Origin: a virus
Taxonomy: Duplodnaviria > Heunggongvirae > Uroviricota > Caudoviricetes
Reading direction: 5' to 3' (one strand)
DNA length: 14,514 nt
IMG/VR virus record: IMGVR_UViG_2713896799_000019
Every line of letters starts with the position of its first letter. Positions within the stretch are counted from its first letter, which is position 1. Shown here piece after piece: positions 1 through 9,631 of this stretch. The notes below the pieces were generated by a model, which did no database searches, was not told where the DNA came from, and was given only the letters and a program-made list of their open reading frames with translations. The position numbers and the translations under genes are program-made.

Positions 1-420
1 CAGAACAATTTGAATATAACGGCGTGTCCGTCACCCTTTTCCGAACTGTCTGCGCTGCAGCGTATTGAGCATCTTGCCCTCCTGAAACGGCGGGCAGAAG
101 AGGCTGAAGCCAGCGGCAACCTGCAGGTGAGCGTGGAAGACCTTGTCAGAACCGGGGCGTTTCTGGTGGCGATGTCCCTGTGGCATAACCATCCACAGAA
201 AACGCAGTCACCGTCAATGAATGAGGCCGTGATGAAGATAGAGCAGGAAGTGCTCACCACCTGGCCTGCTGATGCCATTGCCCGGGCGGAAGAAGTGGTG
301 TTGTGCCTGTCCGGGATGAGTGAGCCTGTTCATGTGGATACGGATATCACCGAAGTGGCGAAAAATAATGCGCTTACTGATGATGATTTTTCTGCGGGAA
401 AGTCTTCGACGGCGAGCTGA
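1..420 (+). CDS. G: Tail assembly chaperone G, 5'-truncated by the window edge
   Basis: Frame-1 translation (LSELSALQRIEHLALLKRRAEEAE...RTGAFLVAMSLWHNHPQKTQSPSMNEAV...SAGKSSTAS) matches lambda gpG as I remember it. The open frame runs to position 1, so the true start is upstream. Stop TGA at 418-420. Confidence 0.9.
   Translation, partial: QNNLNITACPSPFSELSALQRIEHLALLKRRAEEAEASGNLQVSVEDLVRTGAFLVAMSLWHNHPQKTQSPSMNEAVMKIEQEVLTTWPADAIARAEEVVLCLSGMSEPVHVDTDITEVAKNNALTDDDFSAGKSSTAS
396..402 (+). other. Programmed -1 ribosomal frameshift slippery heptamer G_GGA_AAG joining G to T
   Basis: GGGAAAG sits in X_XXY_YYZ register relative to the G frame, 16 nt before the G stop. The -1 frame from here is open and encodes the T-like sequence through 854. 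Confidence 0.8.
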
Positions 421-854
421 ATTTTGCCCTCAGACTGGCGCGTGAGATGGGGAGGCCTGACTGGCGCGCCATGCTTGCCGGGATGACATCCACCGAATAT
501 GCCGACTGGCACCCCGTTTTTACCGCACGCATTATTTTCAGGATACCCAGCTGGATATGCATTTTTTCCGGGCTGATGTACGCCGTACTCAGCCTGTTTT
601 TTTGCGATCCGGATATGCATCCGGCGGATTTCAGTCTGCTTGCACCCCGACGTGATGATGAGCAGACGGAGATGCCGGATGAGGACGATATGCTGATGCG
701 GAAAGCGGCAGGACTTTCTGGTGGTGTCCGCTTTGGGGCTGACGGGAAGGAAATCGTTACGGTCAGTGATGACATGCGGAGCAGTACAGAGGATGAAGCC
801 ATGCTGATGATGGTGTCTGAGGGAATTCCAGGAGGTGTACGCTATGGCGGGTAA
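396..854 (+). CDS. T: Tail assembly protein T, expressed only as a G-T fusion through the -1 frameshift; it has no independent start
   Basis: The -1 frame translation (REMGRPDWRAMLAGMTSTEYADWH...VLSLFFCDPDMHPADFSLL...KAAGLSGGVRFGADGKEIV...MVSEGIPGGVRYGG) matches lambda gpT. Stop TAA at 852-854. Confidence 0.85.
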   Translation, partial: GKVFDGELNFALRLAREMGRPDWRAMLAGMTSTEYADWHPVFTARIIFRIPSWICIFSGLMYAVLSLFFCDPDMHPADFSLLAPRRDDEQTEMPDEDDMLMRKAAGLSGGVRFGADGKEIVTVSDDMRSSTEDEAMLMMVSEGIPGGVRYGG

Positions 855-3456
855 TTTTGCCGATCTGACAGCTGTTCTTACACTGGATTCAACCCGTTTT
901 TCTGAAGAGGCTGCACGGGTAAAGAAAGAACTGGGTGAAACCAGTGACCTTGCGGATTTGATGGCCGGGCGTGTCAGCCAGTCTTTTAAGAAACAGGCCA
1001 CTGCCGTTGAACAGGGCCTGAGCCGTCAGGCGCTGGCTGCACAAAAAGCCGGGATTTCCGTCGGGCAGTATAAAGCGGCCATGCGTACCCTGCCTGCACA
1101 GTTTACGGATATCGCCACGCAGCTTGCCGGTGGTCAGAATCCCTGGCTTATTCTGCTGCAACAGGGCGGTCAGGTGAAGGACGCCTTCGGCGGGATGCTC
1201 CCCATGTTCAGGGGGCTTGCCGGTGCGATCACCCTGCCGATGGTCGGGGTCACCTCGCTGGCGGTGGCGACAGGTGCGCTGGCGTATGCCTGGTACCAGG
1301 GGGATTCCACGCTTTCAGCGTTTAATAAAACCCTGGTTCTTTCCGGTAATCAGTCCGGACTGACTGCCGATCGCATGCTGACGCTCTCCAGAGCCGGACA
1401 GGCAGCAGGGCTGACGTTTAACCAGGCGAGTGAGTCACTGGCAGCCCTGGTGAATGCCGGTGTGCGTGGTGGTGAGCAGTTTGATGCCATCAACCAGAGT
1501 GTGGCGCGTTTTGCTTCTGTATCCGGTGTGGAAGTGGACAAGGTTGCAGAGGCTTTTGGAAAGCTGACCACCGACCCGACGTCGGGACTGATGGCTATGG
1601 CGCGCCAGTTCCGTAACGTGACGGCAGAGCAGATTGCGTATGTTGCGCAGCTGCAGCGTTCGGGTGATGAGGCAGGGGCCTTACAGGCGGCGAACGATAT
1701 CGCCACAAAAGGCTTTGATGAGCAGACCCGTCGCCTGAAAGAAAACATGGGGACGCTGGAAACCTGGGCGGATAAAACCGGGAAGGCATTCAAATTGATG
1801 TGGGATGCCATCCTGGATATCGGTCGTCCTGAATCCTCAGCGGATATGCTCGCCAGTGCGCAGAAGGCATTTGATGAGGCGGATAAAAAATGGCAGTGGT
1901 ACCAGAGCCGGAGTCAGCGCCGGGGAAAGACCTCCTCTTTCCGTGCCAACCTTCAGGGTGCATGGGATGACCGTGAAAATGCCCGTCTGGGGCTGGCGGC
2001 AGCCACGCTGCAGTCGGATATGGAAAAAGCCGGTGAACTGGTGGCAAGGGACCGGGCTGAGCGTGAGGCGTCACAGCTGAAGTATACCGGAGAGGCGCAG
2101 AAGGCGTATGAGCGCCTGCTGACGCCACTGGAGAAATATACTGACCGGCAGGAAGAGCTGAATAATGCCCTGAAAGACGGGAAAATCCTGCAGGCGGATT
2201 ACAACACGCTGATGGCGGCGGCGAAAAAGGATTATGAATCGACGCTGAAAAAACCGAAGTCGTCAGGTGTCAAAGTGTCAGCCGGGGAGCGTCAGGAAGA
2301 CCGGGCGCATGCAGCCCTGCTGACGCTTCAGGCAGAACTCCGGACGCTGGAGAAGCATGCCGGAGCGAATGAGAAAATCAGCCAGCAGCGCCGGGATTTG
2401 TGGAAGGCGGAGAGTCAGTTCGCGGTACTGGAGGAGGCGGCGCAACGTCGCCAGCTGTCTGTACAGGAGAAATCCCTGCTGGCGCATAAAGACGAGACGC
2501 TGGAGTACAAACGCCAGCTGGCTGCACTTGGTGACAAGGTTACGTATCAGGGGCGCCTGAACACGCTGGCGCAGCAGGCGGATAAATTCGCACAGCAGCA
2601 ACGGGCAAAACGAGCGGCTATTGATGCGAAAAGCCGGGGGCTGACTGACCGGCAGGCAGAACGGGAAGCCACAGAACAGCGCCTGAAGGAACAGTATGGC
2701 GATAATCCTCTGGCGCTGAATAACGTCATGTCAGAGCAGAAAAAGACCTGGGCGGCTGAAGACCAGCTTCGCGGGAGCTGGATGGCAGGCCTCAGGTCCG
2801 GCTGGAGCGAGTGGAAAGAGAGCGCCACGGACAGTATGTCGCAGGTAAAAAGTGCAGCCACGCAGACCTTTGACGGTATTGCACAGAATATGGCGGCGAT
2901 GCTGACCGGCAGTGAACAGAACTGGCGCAGCTTCACCCGTTCCGTGCTGTCCATGATGACAGAAATTCTGCTTAAGCAGGCAATGGTGGGGATTGTCGGG
3001 AGTATCGGCAGCGCCATTGGCGGGGCTGTTGGTGGCGGCGCATCAGCATCAGGCGGTACAGCCATTCAGGCCGCTGCGGCGAAATTCCATTTTGCGACCG
3101 GGGGATTTACGGGAACCGGCGGCAAATATGAGCCAGCGGGGATTGTTCACCGTGGTGAATTTGTCTTCACGAAGGAGGCAACCAGCCGGATTGGCGTGGG
3201 AAATCTCTACCGGCTGATGCGCGGCTATGCGGAAGGTGGTTATGTGGGCGGTGCCGGAAGTCCGGCGCAGATGCGGCGGGCGGAAGGCATTAATTTTAAT
3301 CAGAACAATCACGTGGTGATTCAGAACGACGGTACGAATGGTCTGCCAGGTCCACAGATGATGAAGGCAGTGTATGACATGGCCCGCAAGGGTGCCCGTG
3401 ATGAAATTCAGGCACAGATGCGCGATGGTGGTCTGTTCTCCGGAGGTGGACGATGA
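844..3456 (+). CDS. H: Tail tape measure protein H
   Basis: About 870 aa, with long stretches identical to lambda gpH as remembered (QALAAQKAGISVGQYKAAMRTLPAQFTDIATQLAGG, ...KYEPAGIVHRGEFVFTKEATSRIGVGNLYRLMRGYA, ...DGGLFSGGGR). ATG at 844 follows AGGAGG at 829-834. The GTG at 835 listed in the ORF track is less likely. Confidence 0.95.
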   Translation: MAGNFADLTAVLTLDSTRFSEEAARVKKELGETSDLADLMAGRVSQSFKKQATAVEQGLSRQALAAQKAGISVGQYKAAMRTLPAQFTDIATQLAGGQNPWLILLQQGGQVKDAFGGMLPMFRGLAGAITLPMVGVTSLAVATGALAYAWYQGDSTLSAFNKTLVLSGNQSGLTADRMLTLSRAGQAAGLTFNQASESLAALVNAGVRGGEQFDAINQSVARFASVSGVEVDKVAEAFGKLTTDPTSGLMAMARQFRNVTAEQIAYVAQLQRSGDEAGALQAANDIATKGFDEQTRRLKENMGTLETWADKTGKAFKLMWDAILDIGRPESSADMLASAQKAFDEADKKWQWYQSRSQRRGKTSSFRANLQGAWDDRENARLGLAAATLQSDMEKAGELVARDRAEREASQLKYTGEAQKAYERLLTPLEKYTDRQEELNNALKDGKILQADYNTLMAAAKKDYESTLKKPKSSGVKVSAGERQEDRAHAALLTLQAELRTLEKHAGANEKISQQRRDLWKAESQFAVLEEAAQRRQLSVQEKSLLAHKDETLEYKRQLAALGDKVTYQGRLNTLAQQADKFAQQQRAKRAAIDAKSRGLTDRQAEREATEQRLKEQYGDNPLALNNVMSEQKKTWAAEDQLRGSWMAGLRSGWSEWKESATDSMSQVKSAATQTFDGIAQNMAAMLTGSEQNWRSFTRSVLSMMTEILLKQAMVGIVGSIGSAIGGAVGGGASASGGTAIQAAAAKFHFATGGFTGTGGKYEPAGIVHRGEFVFTKEATSRIGVGNLYRLMRGYAEGGYVGGAGSPAQMRRAEGINFNQNNHVVIQNDGTNGLPGPQMMKAVYDMARKGARDEIQAQMRDGGLFSGGGR

Positions 3457-3782
3457 AGACCTTCCGCTGGAAAGTGAAACCCGGTATGGATGTGGCTTCG
3501 GCCCCTTCCGTAAGAAAGGTGCGCTTTGGTGATGGCTATTCCCAGCGTGCGCCTGCCGGGCTGAACGCTGACCTGAAAACGTACAGCGTGACGCTTTCTG
3601 TCTCCCGCGAGGAGGCCACGGCACTTGAGTCGTTTCTGGCTGAGCACGGGGGCTGGAAATCCTTTCTGTGGACGCCGCCTTATGAGTGGCGGCAGATAAA
3701 GGTGACCTGCGCAAAATGGTCGTCGCGGGTCAGTATGCTGCGTGTTGAGTTCAGCGCAGAGTTTGAACAGGTGGTGAACTGA
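3453..3782 (+). CDS. M: Tail tip protein M
   Basis: 109 aa, MKTFRWKVKPGMDVAS...VEFSAEFEQVVN, near-identical to lambda gpM. ATGA overlap with the H stop. Confidence 0.95.
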   Translation: MKTFRWKVKPGMDVASAPSVRKVRFGDGYSQRAPAGLNADLKTYSVTLSVSREEATALESFLAEHGGWKSFLWTPPYEWRQIKVTCAKWSSRVSMLRVEFSAEFEQVVN

Positions 3783-4480
3783 TGCAGGATATCCAACAGG
3801 AAACACATCATGAGACGACACGCCTCACTCAGTCAGCCCAGGTGGTGCTCTGGGAAATCGATCTGACAGTGGTCGGTGGAGAACGTTATTTTTTCTGTAA
3901 TGAGCAGAACGAAAAAGGTGAGCCGGTCACCTGGCAGGGGCGACAGTATCAGCCGTATCCCATTCAGGGGAGTGGTTTTGAACTGAATGGCAAAGGCACC
4001 AGTACGCGCCCCACGCTGACGGTTTCTAACCTGTACGGTATGGTCACCGGGATGGCGGAAGATCTGCAGAGTCTGGTCGGCGGAACGGTGGTCCGGCGTA
4101 AGGTCTACGCCCGTTTTCTGGATGCGGTGAACTTCGTCAACGGAAACCGTGACGCCGATCCGGAGCAGGAGGTGATCAGCCGCTGGCGCATCGAGCAGTG
4201 CAGCGAACTGAGCGCAGTCAGTGCCTCTTTTGTACTGTCCACGCCGACGGAAACGGACGGCGCTGTTTTTCCGGGACGTATTATGCTGGCCAACACCTGC
4301 ACCTGGACCTATCGCGGCGATGAGTGCGGTTATCACGGTCCGGCGGTCGCGGATGAATATGACCAGCCAACGTCCGATATCACGAAGGATAAATGCAGCA
4401 AATGCCTGAGCGGTTGTAAGTACCGCAATAATGTCGGCAACTTTGGCGGCTTCCTTTCCATTAACAAACTTTCGCAGTAA
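3782..4480 (+). CDS. L: Tail tip protein L
   Basis: 232 aa, near-identical to lambda gpL across most of its length (…VVLWEIDLT…GGERYFFCNEQNEKGEPVTWQGRQYQPYPIQG…, C-terminal Cys-rich CSKCLSGCKYRNNVGNFGGF). TGATG overlap with the M stop. Confidence 0.95.
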   Translation: MQDIQQETHHETTRLTQSAQVVLWEIDLTVVGGERYFFCNEQNEKGEPVTWQGRQYQPYPIQGSGFELNGKGTSTRPTLTVSNLYGMVTGMAEDLQSLVGGTVVRRKVYARFLDAVNFVNGNRDADPEQEVISRWRIEQCSELSAVSASFVLSTPTETDGAVFPGRIMLANTCTWTYRGDECGYHGPAVADEYDQPTSDITKDKCSKCLSGCKYRNNVGNFGGFLSINKLSQ

Positions 4481-4490
4481 ATCCCATTTT

Positions 4491-5234
4491 ATGACACAGA
4501 CTGAATCAGCGATTCTGGCGCACGCCCGGCGGTGTTCGCCTGCGGAATCGTGCGGCTTCGTGGTGAGAACGCCGGAGGGAGACAGGTATCTTCCCTGCGT
4601 GAATATCTCCGGTGAGCCGGAGGCGTATTTCCGGATGTCGCCGGAGGACTGGCTGCGGGCAGAAATGCAGGGTGAGATTGTGGTGCTGGCCCACAGCCAC
4701 CCCGGTGGACTGCCCTGGCTGAGTGAGGCCGACAGGCGGCTGCAGGTGCAGAGTGATTTGCCGTGGTGGCTGGTCTGCCGGGGGGCGATTCACAAGTTCC
4801 GCTGTGTGCCACATCTTACCGGGCGACGCTTTGAGTACGGGGTGACGGACTGTTACACGCTGTTCCGGGATGCTTACCATCTGGCGGGGATTGAGATGCC
4901 GGATTTTCATCGCGGGGATGACTGGTGGCGTAACGGCCAGAATCTCTATCTGGATAATCTGGAGGCAACTGGTTTTTACCGTGTCGCACTGACAGCGGCG
5001 CAGCCGGGCGATGTGCTACTGTGCTGTTTTGGTTCATCGGTGCCGAATCATGCCGCCATTTACTGTGGTGATGGCGAGCTGCTGCACCATATTCCTGAAC
5101 AACTGAGCAAACGAGAGAGGTATACCGACAAATGGCAGCGACGCACACACTCCCTCTGGCGTCACCGGGCATGGCACGCATCTGCCTTTACGGGGATTTA
5201 CAACGATTTGGCCGCCGCATCGACCTTCGTGTGA
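4491..5234 (+). CDS. K: Tail tip assembly protein K (MPN/JAMM plus NlpC/P60 two-domain protein)
   Basis: MTQTESAILAHARRC... matches lambda gpK. JAMM motif HSHPGGLPWLSEAD (HxHx7Sx2D) and NlpC/P60-like Cys/His (DCYTLF, NHAAIY) are visible. Start at 4491 chosen by homology over the upstream ATG at 4431. Confidence 0.9.
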   Translation: MTQTESAILAHARRCSPAESCGFVVRTPEGDRYLPCVNISGEPEAYFRMSPEDWLRAEMQGEIVVLAHSHPGGLPWLSEADRRLQVQSDLPWWLVCRGAIHKFRCVPHLTGRRFEYGVTDCYTLFRDAYHLAGIEMPDFHRGDDWWRNGQNLYLDNLEATGFYRVALTAAQPGDVLLCCFGSSVPNHAAIYCGDGELLHHIPEQLSKRERYTDKWQRRTHSLWRHRAWHASAFTGIYNDLAAASTFV

Positions 5235-5803
5235 AAACGGGGGCCGAAGCCATCCGGGCGCTGGTCACACAGCTCCCGGCGTTTCGTCAGAAACTGAGCG
5301 ACGGCTGGTATCAGGTACGGATTGCCGGGCGGGACGTCAGCACGTCCGGGTTAACGGCGCAGTTACATGAGACTCTGCCTGATGGCGCTGTGATTCATAT
5401 TGTTCCCAGAGTCGCCGGGGCCAAGTCAGGTGGCGTATTCCAGATTGTCCTGGGGGCTGCCGCCATTGCCGGATCATTCTTTACTGCCGGAGCCACCCTT
5501 GCAGCATGGGGGGCAGCCATTGGGGCCGGTGGTATGACCGGTATCCTGTTTTCTCTCGGTGCCAGTATGGTACTTGGTGGTGTGGCTCAGATGCTGGCAC
5601 CGAAAGCCAGAACTCCCCGTACACAGACAACGGATAACGGTAAGCAGAACACCTATTTCTCCTCACTGGATAACATGGTTGCCCAGGGCAATGTTCTGCC
5701 TGTTCTGTACGGTGAAATGCGCGTGGGGTCGCGGGTGGCTTCTCAGGAGATCAGCACGGCAGACGAGGGGGACGGTGGTCAGGTTGTGGTGATTGGTCGC
5801 TGA
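5132..5803 (+). CDS. I: Tail tip assembly protein I
   Basis: 223 aa, MAATHTLPLASPGMARICLYGDLQRFGRR..., near-identical to lambda gpI. Overlaps the 3' end of K by 103 nt in another frame, as in lambda. Confidence 0.95.
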   Translation: MAATHTLPLASPGMARICLYGDLQRFGRRIDLRVKTGAEAIRALVTQLPAFRQKLSDGWYQVRIAGRDVSTSGLTAQLHETLPDGAVIHIVPRVAGAKSGGVFQIVLGAAAIAGSFFTAGATLAAWGAAIGAGGMTGILFSLGASMVLGGVAQMLAPKARTPRTQTTDNGKQNTYFSSLDNMVAQGNVLPVLYGEMRVGSRVASQEISTADEGDGGQVVVIGR

Positions 5804-5821
5804 TGCAAAATGTTTTATGTG

Positions 5822-5842
5822 AAACCGCCTGCGGGCGGTTTT
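5822..5842 (+). terminator. GC-rich hairpin (8 bp stem, 4 nt loop) followed by a T-rich tract, between I and J; possible attenuator or RNA-stabilising structure
   Basis: aaccgcc-tgcg-ggcggtt followed by ttgtcgttt, with the J ribosome-binding site (GAGGAA) immediately downstream. Confidence 0.4.
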
Positions 5843-5863
5843 GTCGTTTATGGAGCGTGAGGA

Positions 5864-8800
5864 ATGGGTAAAGGCAGCAGTAAGGGGCATACCCCGCGTG
5901 AAGCGAAGGACAACCTGAAGTCCACGCAGTTACTGAGTGTGATTGATGCCATCAGCGAAGGGCCGATTGAAGGTCCGGTGGATGGATTAAAAAGCGTGCT
6001 GCTGAACAGTACGCCGGTGCTGGACACTGAGGGGAATACCAACATCTCCGGTGTCACGGTCGTGTTCCGGGCAGGTGAGCAGGAGCAGGCACCGCCGGAG
6101 GGATTTGAATCCTCCGGTTCCGAGACGGTGCTGGGTACGGAAGTGAAATACGACACGCCGATCACCCGGACCATCACATCTGCAAACATTGACCGATTGC
6201 GCTTTACCTTCGGTGTGCAGGCTCTGGTGGAAACCACTTCAAAGGGGGACCGGAATCCGTCGGAAGTCCGCCTGCTGGTTCAGATTCAGCGTAACGGTGG
6301 CTGGGTGACGGAAAAAGACATCACCATTAAGGGCAAAACCACCTCGCAGTATCTGGCCTCGGTGGTGGTGGATAACCTGCCGCCGCGCCCGTTCAACATC
6401 CGGATGCGCAGGATGACGCCGGACAGCACCACAGACCAGCTGCAGAACAAAACGCTCTGGTCGTCATACACCGAAATCATCGATGTGAAACAGTGCTATC
6501 CGAACACGGCACTGGTCGGCGTGCAGGTGGTTTCGGAGCAGTTCGGCAGCCAGCAGGTGAGTCGTAATTATCATCTTCGCGGGCGTATTCTGCAGGTGCC
6601 GTCGAATTATAACCCGCAGACGCGGCAATACAGCGGTATCTGGGACGGAACGTTTAAACCGGCATACAGCAACAACATGGCCTGGTGTCTGTGGGATATG
6701 CTGACCCATCCGCGCTACGGCATGGGGAAACGTCTTGGTGCGGCGGATGTGGATAAATGGGCGCTGTATGTCATCGGCCAGAATTGCGACCAGTCGGTGC
6801 CGGACGGCTTTGGCGGCACGGAGCCGCGCATCACCTGTAACGCTTACCTGACCACACAGCGTAAGGCGTGGGATGTGCTCAGTGATTTCTGTTCGGCGAT
6901 GCGCTGTATGCCGGTATGGAACGGGCAGACGCTGACGTTCGTGCAGGACAGACCGTCGGATAAGGTGTGGACCTATAACCGCAGTAATGTGGTGATGCCG
7001 GATGATGGCGCGCCATTCCGCTACAGCTTCAGCGCCCTGAAGGACCGCCATAATGCCGTTGAGGTGAACTGGATTGACCCGGATAACGGCTGGGAGACGG
7101 CAACAGAGCTTGTGGAGGACACGCAGGCCATTGCCCGTTACGGTCGTAACGTCACGAAGATGGATGCCTTTGGCTGTACCAGCCGGGGGCAGGCGCACCG
7201 CGCCGGGCTGTGGCTGATTAAAACGGAACTGCTGGAAACGCAGACCGTGGACTTCAGCGTGGGTGCCGAAGGGCTTCGCCATGTACCGGGCGATGTTATT
7301 GAAATCTGTGATGATGACTATGCCGGTATCAGCACCGGTGGTCGTGTGCTGGCGGTGAACAGCCAGACCCGGACGCTGACGCTCGACCGTGAAATCACGC
7401 TGCCATCCTCCGGCACCACGCTGATAAGCCTGGTTGACGGAAATGGCAATCCGGTCAGCGTGGAGGTTCAGTCCGTCACCGACGGCATGAAGGTGAAAGT
7501 GAGCCGTGTTCCTGACGGCGTTGCCGGATACAGCGTGTGGGGGCTGAAGCTGCCGACGCTGCGCCAGCGCCTGTTCCGCTGCGTGAGTATCCGTGAGAAC
7601 GACGACGGCACGTATGCCATCACTGCCGTGCAGCATGTACCGGAAAAAGAAGCCATCGTGGATAACGGGGCGCACTTTGACGGCGACCAGAGCGGCACGG
7701 TGAATGGTGTCACACCGCCAGCGGTGCAGCACCTTACCGCCGAAGTCACCGCAGACAGCGGGGAGTATCAGGTACTGGCCCGCTGGGACACGCCGAAGGT
7801 GGTGAAGGGCGTGAGCTTCATGCTTCGCCTGACCGTAACAGCGGACGACGGCAGTGAGCGGCTGGTCAGCACAGCCCGGACAACGGAAACCACATACCGC
7901 TTCAGACAACTGGCGCTGGGGCGTTATATGCTGACGGTCCGGGCGGTAAATGCCCGGGGGCAGCAGGGTGATCCGGCGTCGGTATCGTTCCGGATTGCGG
8001 CACCGGCAGCGCCTGTCACTATTGAACTGATACCGGGGTATTTTCAGATAACGGCAGTCCCGCGTCTTGCGGTGTATGACCCGACGGTGCAGTTTGAGTT
8101 CTGGTTCTCGGAAAAGCGGATTACGGATATCCGGCAGGTTGAAACCACAGCCCGCTATCTTGGTACGGCGATGTACTGGACAGCTGCCAGTATTAATATC
8201 AGGCCGGGCCATGATTATTACTTTTATATCCGCAGTGTGAACATCGTCGGTAAATCAGCGTTTGTGGAAGCTGTCGGCCGGCCGGTTAATGATGCTGAGG
8301 TGTATCTCAATTTTTTTGAAGGGAAAATAAACAGCACCCTGCTGGGGCAGGAGCTGAACGATCGTATTAATGCCTCGGCATTGCGCAGTGAAGTTGAGCA
8401 ACTGGAGGATGAGATCAATCAGCAGATAGAGAGTGATATTGCTGAAGTGACCCAAAAAATCGGGGAGACAGAAAACAGCCTCACACAGCTGGTTGCGAAA
8501 AAAAATGATGAGCTGTCACTGGGTATATCACAGGTGAGCCAGAGAGTGGATAACGTCAGCAGCGAACTCACGCAGACGGTCAGTCAGAGTAATGAGGAGA
8601 ATGCACGCCAGATAGCGCAGGTTCGCCAGTATGTGGATCAAAAAAGCAGTGAAATCATGACGACAACGGACCAGAAGCTGGGAGATCAGGAGGCCACCAT
8701 CCAGCAGATACAAAAGGTTCAGACGGACACCAGTAATAACCTGAACAGTATGTGGGCCGTGAAACTGCAGCAGATGCAGGATGGTCGCCTTTATATTGCG

Positions 8801-9565
8801 GGTATCGGTGCCGGTATTGAGAACACCCCTGACGGCATGCAGAGTCAGGTGCTGCTGGCGGCAGACAGGATTGCGATGATTAATCCTGCAAATGGCAACA
8901 CAAAACCGATGTTTGTTGGTCAGGGTGATCAGATATTCATGAATGAAGTGTTCCTGAAATATCTGACGGCTCCCACCATTACCAGCGGCGGTAATCCTCC
9001 TGCATTTTCCCTGACACCGGACGGAAAGCTGACCGCTAAAAATGCCGATATCAGCGGTAACGTGAATGCGAACTCCGGGACGCTCAACAACGTCACGATA
9101 AATGAGAACTGTCAGATTAAGGGGAAACTGTCAGCCAATCAGATTGAAGGCGATATTGTCAAAACGGTGGGAAAATCCTTTCCGAGAAATGGCAGTTATG
9201 CCAGCGGTACAATAACGGTCACTGTGTACGATGACCAGGCTTTTGACCGTCAGATAGTAATCCCACCCGTTCTGTTTCGCGGTGGTAAGCATGAAAACTT
9301 TAACAGCAACAACCAACAGTCATACTGGTACTCAACCTGTAAGCTGCAGGTGCTGAAGAACGGACAGGAAATCTTTCAGCAACCCGCGACGGATGTCAGC
9401 AGGGTATTTTCATCTGTCATCGATATGCCTGCCGGACACGGGCATGTCACCCTGACTTTCAATGTTTCTTCATATGGTGCTAATAACTGGACGCCAACGA
9501 CCAGTATCAGCGACCTTCTTGTTGTCGTGATGAAGAAATCAACAGCCGGTATCAGTATCAGCTGA
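5864..9565 (+). CDS. J: Central tail fibre / host specificity protein J, mosaic variant
   Basis: 1233 aa. The first ~810 aa are near-identical to lambda gpJ as remembered ([41 protein letters not shown]...). A longer, coiled-coil-like segment is encoded at about 8340-8750, and the C-terminal part from about 9160 is divergent. Confidence 0.95.
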   Translation: MGKGSSKGHTPREAKDNLKSTQLLSVIDAISEGPIEGPVDGLKSVLLNSTPVLDTEGNTNISGVTVVFRAGEQEQAPPEGFESSGSETVLGTEVKYDTPITRTITSANIDRLRFTFGVQALVETTSKGDRNPSEVRLLVQIQRNGGWVTEKDITIKGKTTSQYLASVVVDNLPPRPFNIRMRRMTPDSTTDQLQNKTLWSSYTEIIDVKQCYPNTALVGVQVVSEQFGSQQVSRNYHLRGRILQVPSNYNPQTRQYSGIWDGTFKPAYSNNMAWCLWDMLTHPRYGMGKRLGAADVDKWALYVIGQNCDQSVPDGFGGTEPRITCNAYLTTQRKAWDVLSDFCSAMRCMPVWNGQTLTFVQDRPSDKVWTYNRSNVVMPDDGAPFRYSFSALKDRHNAVEVNWIDPDNGWETATELVEDTQAIARYGRNVTKMDAFGCTSRGQAHRAGLWLIKTELLETQTVDFSVGAEGLRHVPGDVIEICDDDYAGISTGGRVLAVNSQTRTLTLDREITLPSSGTTLISLVDGNGNPVSVEVQSVTDGMKVKVSRVPDGVAGYSVWGLKLPTLRQRLFRCVSIRENDDGTYAITAVQHVPEKEAIVDNGAHFDGDQSGTVNGVTPPAVQHLTAEVTADSGEYQVLARWDTPKVVKGVSFMLRLTVTADDGSERLVSTARTTETTYRFRQLALGRYMLTVRAVNARGQQGDPASVSFRIAAPAAPVTIELIPGYFQITAVPRLAVYDPTVQFEFWFSEKRITDIRQVETTARYLGTAMYWTAASINIRPGHDYYFYIRSVNIVGKSAFVEAVGRPVNDAEVYLNFFEGKINSTLLGQELNDRINASALRSEVEQLEDEINQQIESDIAEVTQKIGETENSLTQLVAKKNDELSLGISQVSQRVDNVSSELTQTVSQSNEENARQIAQVRQYVDQKSSEIMTTTDQKLGDQEATIQQIQKVQTDTSNNLNSMWAVKLQQMQDGRLYIAGIGAGIENTPDGMQSQVLLAADRIAMINPANGNTKPMFVGQGDQIFMNEVFLKYLTAPTITSGGNPPAFSLTPDGKLTAKNADISGNVNANSGTLNNVTINENCQIKGKLSANQIEGDIVKTVGKSFPRNGSYASGTITVTVYDDQAFDRQIVIPPVLFRGGKHENFNSNNQQSYWYSTCKLQVLKNGQEIFQQPATDVSRVFSSVIDMPAGHGHVTLTFNVSSYGANNWTPTTSISDLLVVVMKKSTAGISIS

Positions 9566-9584
9566 ATTTTATAACCCCAATACG

Positions 9585-9608
9585 GGCGCCAGAAATGGCG
9601 CTTTTTTA
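9585..9608 (+). terminator. Rho-independent terminator-like hairpin with T6 tract downstream of J
   Basis: ggcgcc-agaaat-ggcgc followed by ttttttatt. Confidence 0.55.
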
Positions 9609-9631
9609 TTGCAGAAAAGCGAGAGGTAATT

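Noticed and set aside
330-1001. Minus-strand ORFs (223 aa and 142 aa) overlapping G, T and the H start
   Set aside because: They are antisense to conserved G/T/H coding sequence with no independent support. The + strand genes explain the region.
4431-4490. Upstream ATG that would extend K by 20 codons
   Set aside because: The extension overlaps the L 3' end and has no lambda counterpart. The homologous gpK N-terminus (MTQTESAILAHARRC) starts at 4491.
6464-8212. 582 aa ORF on the minus strand inside J
   Set aside because: It is antisense to a strongly conserved coding region. The Arg/His/Cys/Pro-rich composition is typical of a spurious reverse-frame ORF in GC-rich coding DNA, and there is no RBS.
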